DNA of 64,000 nucleotides. Source: a virus. Shown here piece after piece: positions 29,658 through 38,716 of the stretch. The notes under the pieces were generated by a model. That model was not told the origin of the DNA, did not search any database, and worked only from the letters and a program-made list of their open reading frames with translations. Numbering within the stretch: position 1 is the stretch's first letter; each line of letters begins with the position of its first letter. Position numbers and translations under genes: made by a program. The stretch spans positions 1-64,000 of IMG/VR virus record IMGVR_UViG_3300031519_006967; one strand, given 5' to 3'.

Positions 29658-30298
29658 TAATTTATATTCCAATTAAACAGAACTCTCAACGAGTTCCAAA
29701 TAAAAACTTTAGGCTTTTCAATGGTAAGCCCCTTTGGGAGCATACTGTAGATAAATTTAGTGATCCTAAATATAAGCTTTTCATTGACACGGACTCCGAG
29801 GAAATTATAGACCAGTGCCATAGTAAAAACGTTACAGCATTCAAGCGACCAACCCACCTACGCGGTGATACCGTCTCTGTTGTAGACCTATTAAAAAACT
29901 TTAGGGAATTCTTATCTAAGTTAAGTTTGTCGGGTAACATATGCCAAATACACGTAACGTCCCCATTCCTAGATATTACACACGTTGACTTTGCGTTTTC
30001 AAAGATGGAGAATGATGGATATGATTCTGTCTTTGCGGCAGATGTTATGCAAACTAGATTTTGGCGTAAGGAGGAGTATGGGTATTGTCCAGTTAACCAC
30101 AATCCAATGAAACTAGAGCAGACGCAAGATTTGCCTAAATATTATTGCGAAAATTCTTATTTATATGCATTTCAACAGAATGTTCTTGACATTAATAATA
30201 GAATAGGGTATAATCCATATATACTTGAAGTTGGTTACCCCCACAATTTAGATATTGATACTGAATCAGATTGGAATTACATAAAAAATATAAAATGA
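29654..30298 (+). CDS. neuA: CMP-sialic acid/ulosonate cytidylyltransferase (NeuA-like)
   Basis: IPIKQNSQRVPNKN, TSPF, TQDL, DIDTESDW. Confidence 0.8.
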   Translation: MIIYIPIKQNSQRVPNKNFRLFNGKPLWEHTVDKFSDPKYKLFIDTDSEEIIDQCHSKNVTAFKRPTHLRGDTVSVVDLLKNFREFLSKLSLSGNICQIHVTSPFLDITHVDFAFSKMENDGYDSVFAADVMQTRFWRKEEYGYCPVNHNPMKLEQTQDLPKYYCENSYLYAFQQNVLDINNRIGYNPYILEVGYPHNLDIDTESDWNYIKNIK

Positions 30299-31656
30299 GT
30301 ATAGAACTAATATTATTTGATTTAGATGGTGTTCTAGTCGATGCAAAAATCCTTCATTATAATGCTTTAAATGAAGCGTTGTCTGAGATTGATGGAGGGG
30401 ATTATACTATATCAGAACAAGAGCATCTAACTACTTACGATGGTCTAAAGACTAGGGCAAAATTAAATATACTCTCAGATCAAAAGGGATTACCTAGAGA
30501 GTTCCACGACCAAGTTTGGAATATAAAGCAAAAAATAACATCTCAAAAATTACAAGACCTTAAACCTAATCAAGAACTTATAAAGATATTCAAAACCTTA
30601 AGATCAAAAAACCTAAAAATTGCATGTTGCTCTAATTCAATTAGACGGTCTGTAATTTTAATGCTTTCGAAGGTCGGTATTATTGAATATTTTGATTTAA
30701 TACTTTCTAATGAAGATGTTAAAAATTCAAAACCTCACCCCCAAATATATTGGGATGCAATGTCTATTCTTGAAGTTATACCGGAGCGAGCATTAATCGT
30801 TGAGGATTCGCCAAACGGTCTATTGGCTGCACAGCGATCTGGGGCGAAGGTGATCAGAGTAAAAAATGCAAAAGATTTAACAATTGAAAAAATAGAAAGA
30901 AACATTTTAGAAACAAACAATATGAAAGCAAAATGGCAGGATAAAACCCTTAACGTATTAATTCCTATGGCTGGCGCAGGTAGTCGTTTTGAACAAGCTG
31001 GCTATACATTCCCTAAACCATTAATTGAAATTAATGGTAAGCCAATGATTCAAGTTGTAGTAGATAATTTAAATTTTGAAAGTAAATATACTTTTATTGT
31101 CCAGAAAAAACACAGAGAACAATACAATCTTGACTCTATGCTTGGTCTAATATCAAATAGACCAAATATTGTTGAAGTTGATGGTGTTACGGAGGGTGCA
31201 GCTTGCACTACACTATTAGCCAAAGACATTATCAATAACGACAGCCCTTTAATTATAGCAAATTCAGATCAGTTTGTTGATTGGGACACAAGTGAGTTCA
31301 TGTATAAGATGCAAGAACAGGATGTTGATTGCGGTATATTAACTTTTAAATCAACCCACCCTAAGTGGTCCTTTGCCAAAATTGACGAAAACGGCTTTGT
31401 TACTGAAGTCGCGGAAAAAAACCCCATATCAAACATAGCCACAGTAGGTATTTATTATTGGAAACGGGGTTCAGATTATGTTAAATATGCAGAACAAATG
31501 ATTAACCAAAACAAGAGATTTAACAACGAGTTTTATGTTTGTCCAGTTTTTAATGAGGCTATAAAAGACGGAAAAAAGATTAAAACTTTTAATATTGAAA
31601 AAATGTGGGGTCTCGGAACACCAGAGGACTTAACTATTTATTTAAATAAAAAATGA
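30295..31656 (+). CDS. HAD phosphatase fused to sugar-phosphate nucleotidyltransferase
   Basis: FDLDGVLVD, KPHP, VEDSPNG; IPMAGAGSRF, PKPLI, GLGTPEDL. Confidence 0.85.
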   Translation: MSIELILFDLDGVLVDAKILHYNALNEALSEIDGGDYTISEQEHLTTYDGLKTRAKLNILSDQKGLPREFHDQVWNIKQKITSQKLQDLKPNQELIKIFKTLRSKNLKIACCSNSIRRSVILMLSKVGIIEYFDLILSNEDVKNSKPHPQIYWDAMSILEVIPERALIVEDSPNGLLAAQRSGAKVIRVKNAKDLTIEKIERNILETNNMKAKWQDKTLNVLIPMAGAGSRFEQAGYTFPKPLIEINGKPMIQVVVDNLNFESKYTFIVQKKHREQYNLDSMLGLISNRPNIVEVDGVTEGAACTTLLAKDIINNDSPLIIANSDQFVDWDTSEFMYKMQEQDVDCGILTFKSTHPKWSFAKIDENGFVTEVAEKNPISNIATVGIYYWKRGSDYVKYAEQMINQNKRFNNEFYVCPVFNEAIKDGKKIKTFNIEKMWGLGTPEDLTIYLNKK

Positions 31657-32255
31657 AAATGAAAAAGATAATTTTTGATGTGGGAGCTAATAATGGTAGT
31701 TCTTGTTTGAGCTATTCTCGTAAAGGGGATACTGTTTATGCTTTTGAACCAACTCCATTTCTTTTAGAAAAATATCTTTATCCTAATAGGTCCGATAATT
31801 ATATTGTTGTGCCATGTGCTATCTCAGATTTTAATGGGACTGCAAACTTTAATATAGCGGGTCAGCGTGATTGGGGCTGTAGTTCTTTACATGATTTTAG
31901 TGAAAGTTTAGATAAGACTTGGCCAAATAGAACTGATTTTAAGGTTACTGATAGTATAGAGGTTGAGGTTATGAGACTTGATACCTTTATAAATAACAAT
32001 TTAATAGATGAGGTTGATTGGATGCATTGTGATACACAAGGTAATGATTTAAAGGTGCTACAGTCATTTGGAGACAAGATCAATATATTAAAAGGTGGAG
32101 TTGTAGAGGCATTTGAAAAAAATCCACTATATAAAGAATCTGACAATTCAAAAGAGAACGTTGTATCCTTTCTTGAAGACAATAATTTTAAAATATCATC
32201 AATTACGTCTAACGATCCTTTTAACAATGAATTGAATATTAAATTTACCAGATGA
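31653..32255 (+). CDS. FkbM-family methyltransferase
   Basis: FDVGANNG, YAFEP, RLD, DTQGND. Confidence 0.85.
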   Translation: MKMKKIIFDVGANNGSSCLSYSRKGDTVYAFEPTPFLLEKYLYPNRSDNYIVVPCAISDFNGTANFNIAGQRDWGCSSLHDFSESLDKTWPNRTDFKVTDSIEVEVMRLDTFINNNLIDEVDWMHCDTQGNDLKVLQSFGDKINILKGGVVEAFEKNPLYKESDNSKENVVSFLEDNNFKISSITSNDPFNNELNIKFTR

Positions 32256-32665
32256 TAATTATATCGCATAGAGCTAATTTAACAGGGCCGAGTAATAGAG
32301 AGAATCACCCAGATGAAATAGAAAGAGTTTTAAAGCTGGGAATTGATTGTGAGGTTGATTTGTGGTATACTGATAATAAATTTATACTTGGACACGATAA
32401 GCCCCAATATGAAATTGATTTAAATTTTATTAAAAAGGAAAAATTATGGATACATTGTAAAAATTTAGAGTGTCTAGAATCTATTGTAGACTTTACACAT
32501 TGTTTTTGGCATCAGGACGATGATTATACTTTAACATCAAAGGGACTAATATGGACATTTCCAACCAAAAAAACAGGCTAAAAGAGTATTATAGTTGATA
32601 ACAGTAAAGACTGGAGAGACAGTAATTATAATTGTTATGGAGTTTGCACTGATTGGGTTTTATGA
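32252..32665 (+). pseudogene. GDPD/PLC-like phosphodiesterase interrupted by in-frame TAA
   Basis: ISHRAN, EVD, LGHD, WIHCKN; TAA at 32579-32581; same frame continues KSII...CYGVCTDWVL to a TGA overlapping the next ATG. Confidence 0.7.
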
Positions 32666-33378
32666 AAAATATTGCAATATTAATAACTGGTTTAACTAGA
32701 ACGTATAAAGAAACTTTTAATAGTTTTAAAACAAATGTAATAGAGTCCAATGCTGATTGCGATATAGATATATATCTTAGTTTTTGGGACAAGACACACG
32801 ACAGAACGTTTAAAGCCGGTAGTGTTTATGATAGCTACGACCCCATTGATTCAATCAAAACAAGTAAAGATAATGTTATTGAAACGTATAATCCAAAAAA
32901 CTACGTAGAGTTAAATTTTGATAAATATTATAAATTACTAAAAACACAGTCTGAAAACCCAAATCTTAAAGATTTAAATTTTGTTAGAAATAAAAATTTT
33001 ACACTCAACTCGTTTTTTTGTCAGTTTTATTGCTGGAAAAGAGGAATAGAGATTATATCTACCGATATAAATTATGATCTTGTTTTAAAGATTAGATTTG
33101 ATTCCATCTTCAATACACCTATAATTTTTAGTGATTTTACTCCGTCAGTTTTCAGTAGTGGTGGATGGAATAATACTTTTATTAATGATTTTGTTTTTTG
33201 TTCAAATTATCAAAACATGTCTTTTTTAATGAGAGAGTTTTATGATAGCTTACTACGCGACGATATAGTAGAATTTAAAGATGAGTTTTTACCAGAAAAA
33301 TATATAACCTATACTATAAAAAAACACGGTATAGAAATAAACAACAAAACCATGACAACACACATTAAAAAATTATGA
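32662..33378 (+). CDS. Putative glycosyltransferase-like protein
   Basis: IAILITGLTR...YDLVLKIRFD...ND...PE pattern; glycan-cluster context. Confidence 0.5.
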   Translation: MKNIAILITGLTRTYKETFNSFKTNVIESNADCDIDIYLSFWDKTHDRTFKAGSVYDSYDPIDSIKTSKDNVIETYNPKNYVELNFDKYYKLLKTQSENPNLKDLNFVRNKNFTLNSFFCQFYCWKRGIEIISTDINYDLVLKIRFDSIFNTPIIFSDFTPSVFSSGGWNNTFINDFVFCSNYQNMSFLMREFYDSLLRDDIVEFKDEFLPEKYITYTIKKHGIEINNKTMTTHIKKL

Positions 33379-34076
33379 ACTTACATTGGCAACAGATACC
33401 ATCCACAGAGATAACTTTGATGAATTGCAGTAGTGACTTTGACGGAATTGTATTCGACGTTGAACACGGAAACTTCAATAATGAGACTCTATATTCGTTA
33501 ATCCAATTGACTATTGCTAGAGGCAAACTTGCCTTAGTTAGAATAACAACCATTGATAATTCTTACATTCGACGCATATTAGATGCTGGTGCCAGTGGAA
33601 TAATATTCTCTACTGTGGAGTCAATAGACCAACTAAACGATATAGAAAAATATTGTTTATATCCCCCTGCGGGAGGAAGGCGCGGCCAAGGATTAGTGGC
33701 TGAAAATCTATGGGGGAAGTTTGAACATAAACTACAACAGGTTACTCCCATACTCATACCTCAAATAGAAACGACTCTAGGTATTGACTTGTTATCACGG
33801 TTGGATTTGGACCATTACCCACATCTACATAGTTTCCTCATTGGCCCATACGACTTAAGTGCAGATTTAGGAGATGTGGGTAATATGAATAGCGAAGGCT
33901 TTCTACACTCCATTGATCGGTTTGAGTCTTATGTCCCAGAAAATAAAAGAGCAATCCATCTAGTTAACGACATTCCAAATCAATTAGGAAAATATGCAGG
34001 TTACGCAGTTACAGCAATGGGTATGGATACTTTAGCTATTTTAAATAATATTAAGGCACTGGAGGAATTGGTATAA
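33375..34076 (+). CDS. HpcH/HpaI class II aldolase
   Basis: DVEHG, LVR, LDAGASGI, YPP.G.RG, QIET, IGPYDLS. Confidence 0.88.
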   Translation: MNLHWQQIPSTEITLMNCSSDFDGIVFDVEHGNFNNETLYSLIQLTIARGKLALVRITTIDNSYIRRILDAGASGIIFSTVESIDQLNDIEKYCLYPPAGGRRGQGLVAENLWGKFEHKLQQVTPILIPQIETTLGIDLLSRLDLDHYPHLHSFLIGPYDLSADLGDVGNMNSEGFLHSIDRFESYVPENKRAIHLVNDIPNQLGKYAGYAVTAMGMDTLAILNNIKALEELV

Positions 34077-34643
34077 ATGCCTTACAGTGAAAAATTAAAC
34101 TTGGTATTCATCCCTATTCCTAAAAGTGGTGGTGAACTGGTTGATATTGCTATGCAGGGATATACCGACGTAACCAAAACTTGGAGAGATTATGACCTAT
34201 ATTCAATTAATATAAAATCCCCCAAGTCATTTTCCATCGTTAGAAATCCTTGGGATAGGGTATTTGCTTGTTATAATGATTGCCACTTGGATGAGAATTC
34301 TGATTATGACCTATTAAAAAATTATACTTTTAAAGATTGTGTTAAGATGCTTTATAATAATAGGGAATTGTTAGATTTGCCGGTTCTACACCGTCCCGCA
34401 TTTAAACATGGGTGGGGACACCAACACTCATATATATTTGATGGGCGTAAATTACAGGTGGACCAAATAATGCGGTTTGAGTTTATGGATGAGGTTGATG
34501 AATATTTGAAGGATGTGTATGGAATAGATGTTTCCCATACTGATACTACAACCAATTATAAAGATCACTACGATGATGAAATGATTCGGATAGTGTCTGA
34601 GATATATAAAGACGATATTGCGCTTCTAGGTTACGTATATTGA
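34077..34643 (+). CDS. Sulfotransferase family 2
   Basis: FIPIPKSGG, VRNPWDRV, RFE, IYKDDIALLGY. Confidence 0.8.
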   Translation: MPYSEKLNLVFIPIPKSGGELVDIAMQGYTDVTKTWRDYDLYSINIKSPKSFSIVRNPWDRVFACYNDCHLDENSDYDLLKNYTFKDCVKMLYNNRELLDLPVLHRPAFKHGWGHQHSYIFDGRKLQVDQIMRFEFMDEVDEYLKDVYGIDVSHTDTTTNYKDHYDDEMIRIVSEIYKDDIALLGYVY

Positions 34644-34674
34644 CTTACCAGTATACCAACTCTAAGTTATCCTA

Positions 34675-35241
34675 ATGCAAGACTATACACAAGGCGCACT
34701 AGACTTTTATAATAGGAACAAGCGCGAAGATTTAGAATCTTTATCGGGTAATACTAGTTCACTCTTACAGACGTATCATTTAAGGGAGAATATGAAAACC
34801 ATCTTAGCTGATGTTAATAGCGTGGCAGATTGCCCTTGCGGTGACTGGAATTGGATGCGGTCAGTTAAATTAGACGGTATTGATTACACTGGATATGATA
34901 TTTTACCTGATGTTATAAACTCCAATAAAGAGAGGTTCCCGAAATATAACTTTGAATTGTTTGATGCAGTGACTGAGGTTTTGCCTAAAGTCGATTTAAT
35001 TATTTGTAAGGATTTTCTAAATCATTTACATGATGCTGTAATTGAACAAGTTATAGAAAATTTTAAAAAATCAAAGAGTACATATTTACTTGCCACATAT
35101 TACATTAAAAGCATAATTAATAATATGGGAGATAATTGGGGGTGGAAGGAATTGGACCCATCTAAATATGGTTTGAATGAACCCATTAACGTGTTCATGG
35201 ATACCCCTAAACGATCTCATGGTTTGTATAAAATTAACTAA
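34675..35241 (+). CDS. Class I SAM methyltransferase
   Basis: DCPCGDWNWM, YTGYDI, DLIICKDFLNHL. Confidence 0.8.
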   Translation: MQDYTQGALDFYNRNKREDLESLSGNTSSLLQTYHLRENMKTILADVNSVADCPCGDWNWMRSVKLDGIDYTGYDILPDVINSNKERFPKYNFELFDAVTEVLPKVDLIICKDFLNHLHDAVIEQVIENFKKSKSTYLLATYYIKSIINNMGDNWGWKELDPSKYGLNEPINVFMDTPKRSHGLYKIN

Positions 35242-35621
35242 TGGAGGAATTATCTAATTTGTTAAATAATAGCTTTGGGGATGAAGTAACTCCAAAGCGC
35301 ATTGAATATTGGTTTAATCTATTTAATGAAAAAATCTTTGGGGGTGTTTTAACCCCTCCATCTTTCACTGTTAAGAATACTGCTGGGTATGATGGTTGGT
35401 GTATTTGTTGGGAGTGGGACGATGACAGTGAGTATGAGTATGAAATTCAACTTCGAACTAGATTAAAGTTGAAGAATTTACTTGAAGTGGTGGGGCATGA
35501 GATGTTACACTTATACCAAGCACAAGTACAGAAAAATATAGACATGCCTGAGCCTACTAAATCGGATTTTCCAGAGTTTACTACGAAATTTGAGCAACTG
35601 GGGCTAAACGTAATAATATGA
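35241..35621 (+). CDS. SprT-like zinc metalloprotease
   Basis: FNEKIFGG, HEMLHLYQ. Confidence 0.75.
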   Translation: MEELSNLLNNSFGDEVTPKRIEYWFNLFNEKIFGGVLTPPSFTVKNTAGYDGWCICWEWDDDSEYEYEIQLRTRLKLKNLLEVVGHEMLHLYQAQVQKNIDMPEPTKSDFPEFTTKFEQLGLNVII

Positions 35622-37417
35622 AAGATATAAAATTTGAAAAGATGGTAATACAGGACTTTATGTCCGTGGGGGAACCAGCAATAGAGATTCCATTTAAGAC
35701 CGGATTGAACTTCCTAACGGGTTACAACGTTGATAATGGAACATATAATGGAGTGGGCAAAACCACAATTATCAATGCTTTCTTCTTTGCCTTATTTGGG
35801 ACATTGTATGGTGATAATTCGGGTAAACTTAAAAAGGCAGATATCATAAATAATGTAAAGGGTGGAACCCCTCTGGTAACACTATTCTTTGAAGTGGATG
35901 GTATTGAATATGAAGTATTACGATCAGTATCACCCTCCAGATGCGTATTAACCATAGATGGCGATGATACTAATCAAGAAGCCGGTTTAGCGCAAACCAA
36001 TGCTAAAATATGTAAGATAATTTCTGGTGATAGTGAAGTATATTCTAACACGGTTGTATTGGACACTGATACATCATCATTCTTACTTAAAAAACCTGAA
36101 CAGAAAAGAAAATTTATTGAGTCTGTATTTGGCATGGCTGTGTTTTCTGATATGCTAAAATTAGTAAAGGCGGACTACACCACTAAGAATAAGGAATATG
36201 TATTGGAGCAAGCAAAACTCGCTGAGATTAAGCGGTTTAAGGACGAAGCTAAACGCAGTGCCGCTGAATGGGAGACGAAACAGGGGACTAAGGTAACTGA
36301 AGTTGAGAGTAGAATAGAACAAATACGTTTAGATAAAGTGGAGTTGGAGGGAAAATCCCCCCAAGATCAGTCTTCTCGAATAGCTGAATTGGATATTTCC
36401 TTAGAGACAAACAATTCTCGCATACTGAAGGCAGAGTCTGTAAAATTAGAAACACAGAACGGGATTAATAATATTAAAGCAGAGATGTTAAGAGTTAAAA
36501 AGACTTTAATATCACCTGATGCTCTAATGTGTAATGCATGTAAACGACCATTTGATGATCATAGTCCAGAGGATATAGAAGCAGAAAATGATAAAATTAA
36601 TGAGAGTATTTTAGAGTTGAAAGATACTCTACCATCCGCTGAAGAAAAGCATAATAAAATATTAGTAGGAATCACTAAGCTTAATCAGATGTTGGTTAAG
36701 GATAAGGCGGAATTGAGAACCATTAAAACTCTTCAATCCGAGTTTGATAATTTAGAAACACAGATAGCTAATCTTAATAATAAGATCGATTCTTTCCGAG
36801 AGAAGATAATAGAGATTGGGGATGAGGAGAATCCATTTGAAGCTAGTATCGATACTAGGGACGATGAGATTTCTACCAAGACTGATTTAGTTTCTGCGTT
36901 GGAGGAAGAAGTTGAGATTTTAGATTACGTTAAATATCTGTGTTCACCCGAAGGCGTAAAGGCTCACATATTATCTAAGATAGTGGAGCTATTCAACGCT
37001 AAGCTGAATTATTATTTGAGTGTTTTAACCACCCCCTTCACGATTAAATTCGATCAATATTTTGACGAGACTATTACTAATGATAATGGTGCAGAGGTAT
37101 CATATCACTCATTATCTGGTGGTGAGAGGAAGCGTGTAGATTTATCTATGTTGTTTGCTTTCAAAGACTTACGTAGAATGCAATCTAATATCAACGTTAA
37201 TGTTACTATGTTTGATGAGATTCTAGACTCGGCAATATGCAATGTCGGAATTAATAAAGCTCTAGATATTTTACAGGAACACTCCGATGAAAATGACGAA
37301 TCTATTTTTATTATTACTCATAAATTAAGCCAAGTTGATGATCGAGGAGATGTTATTTATCTTGAAAAGGAAGATAGGTTAACTAAGAAAGTTGACGCAC
37401 TGGACTATCGCGGATAA
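35618..37417 (+). CDS. gp46: gp46 recombination ATPase (Rad50/SbcC-like)
   Basis: NGVGKTT, CNAC hook, LSGGE, FDEILD, ITH. Confidence 0.92.
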   Translation: MKDIKFEKMVIQDFMSVGEPAIEIPFKTGLNFLTGYNVDNGTYNGVGKTTIINAFFFALFGTLYGDNSGKLKKADIINNVKGGTPLVTLFFEVDGIEYEVLRSVSPSRCVLTIDGDDTNQEAGLAQTNAKICKIISGDSEVYSNTVVLDTDTSSFLLKKPEQKRKFIESVFGMAVFSDMLKLVKADYTTKNKEYVLEQAKLAEIKRFKDEAKRSAAEWETKQGTKVTEVESRIEQIRLDKVELEGKSPQDQSSRIAELDISLETNNSRILKAESVKLETQNGINNIKAEMLRVKKTLISPDALMCNACKRPFDDHSPEDIEAENDKINESILELKDTLPSAEEKHNKILVGITKLNQMLVKDKAELRTIKTLQSEFDNLETQIANLNNKIDSFREKIIEIGDEENPFEASIDTRDDEISTKTDLVSALEEEVEILDYVKYLCSPEGVKAHILSKIVELFNAKLNYYLSVLTTPFTIKFDQYFDETITNDNGAEVSYHSLSGGERKRVDLSMLFAFKDLRRMQSNINVNVTMFDEILDSAICNVGINKALDILQEHSDENDESIFIITHKLSQVDDRGDVIYLEKEDRLTKKVDALDYRG

Positions 37418-37425
37418 GTAAAGCC

Positions 37426-38709
37426 ATGGCTAATTTTAGAAAAGCGGGTAGTAATCCCAGCATAGATGATATTAAGGGGGGAGTAGGAAGTCTTGGTAAT
37501 TTACCAGTAGCCAAAAAGAGTGATAAATTACCATTACCTGGTGAAGGGTTATCTAGATATATTCACTTTAATGCTGACCAAAGTGGTTGTGGGTTTTGGC
37601 GAATGATTTGGCCATCAGAGCAATTATTAGTTCATAATCGCGCAGTGGTTTCTACCTGTTACCAAATGGTGTTAAATCCTCATTTCTATATGGGAGTAGA
37701 CGCCGTTAGATTACAACGACAATGCACGGAGCATCAATATGAATTCGTTAAGGCGTTGAGGCATTTTTCCACAATTAAAAAGGAGAAGACTGGAAAAGGA
37801 TTTAAATTAATTTGGGAGGTGGATGATGTCGTTGCACCAGTGGCAGACATACCAGAATACAATCGGTGTAGGGATGCTTTTACCAATCCCCAAATTGGAG
37901 ACACGGTAAAGAGAATTGTGCATCTTTGTGATGAGGTCTCCGTTGTATCTGAGAGAATGAGGAAACACTATTCTGATTTTTTGTCGTATGATAATATTAG
38001 TGTGCTTCCAAACTATTTCCCGCGTAATTGGGCGGATAGATTATATGATCCTGAGAAAATAGCCAAAAGGTTTGATCGGCAGAAAAATAAACCAACTATT
38101 GGATATGCTGGGTCTGCCACTCACTTTGATATTGCAAATAAAACTAAACAACGAGACGATTTTCATCACGTAATTCATGACATAATTAAATATGTTGATG
38201 ATTATAATTTTGTTTTCTTTGGTGGATATCCTTCTAACTTAACACCATACGTTAAGGACGGAAGGATTAAACATGTCCCTTGGGGAAACCTTGATAAATA
38301 TCCAACTATTTTGGAGAGTTTGGGGGTAGATGTTATGATAGCCCCATTAATGCAGAATTCGTTTTCCGATTCTAAATCAAGTATTAAATTTTTGGAAGGC
38401 GCTGCCATTGGAGTTCCTGTGGTGTGCCAAGACCTTCCGCCATATGAAATGTCACCTTGGAAGTTTAATACATCCGATGAGATGTTTGATCATATTAAAA
38501 TGATTACATATGATGAGTCAACTTATGAGTATGCATCTAAATTAGCACGTTCATTCATTGAAGATTTTTGGTTGGATGATCACCTAGACGAATTACAGTT
38601 AGTGTACGATACGCCATATGCGGACGAATCCCGTAAGAAAAATAAGGTCTTCTATGCCAATAATAAATCTCAGTTTGACAAAAAGAAAATTCCAGTGTAT
38701 AGTGTGTAA
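37426..38709 (+). CDS. GT-B glycosyltransferase-like protein
   Basis: SGCGFWRMIWP, EVDD, IGYAGSATH, APL, KSSIKFLE. Confidence 0.7.
   Translation: MANFRKAGSNPSIDDIKGGVGSLGNLPVAKKSDKLPLPGEGLSRYIHFNADQSGCGFWRMIWPSEQLLVHNRAVVSTCYQMVLNPHFYMGVDAVRLQRQCTEHQYEFVKALRHFSTIKKEKTGKGFKLIWEVDDVVAPVADIPEYNRCRDAFTNPQIGDTVKRIVHLCDEVSVVSERMRKHYSDFLSYDNISVLPNYFPRNWADRLYDPEKIAKRFDRQKNKPTIGYAGSATHFDIANKTKQRDDFHHVIHDIIKYVDDYNFVFFGGYPSNLTPYVKDGRIKHVPWGNLDKYPTILESLGVDVMIAPLMQNSFSDSKSSIKFLEGAAIGVPVVCQDLPPYEMSPWKFNTSDEMFDHIKMITYDESTYEYASKLARSFIEDFWLDDHLDELQLVYDTPYADESRKKNKVFYANNKSQFDKKKIPVYSV
38675..38703 (+). promoter_or_regulatory. Sigma70-type promoter of gp43
   Basis: TTGACA-N17-TATAGT. Confidence 0.7.
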
Positions 38710-38716
38710 TTGAGAT

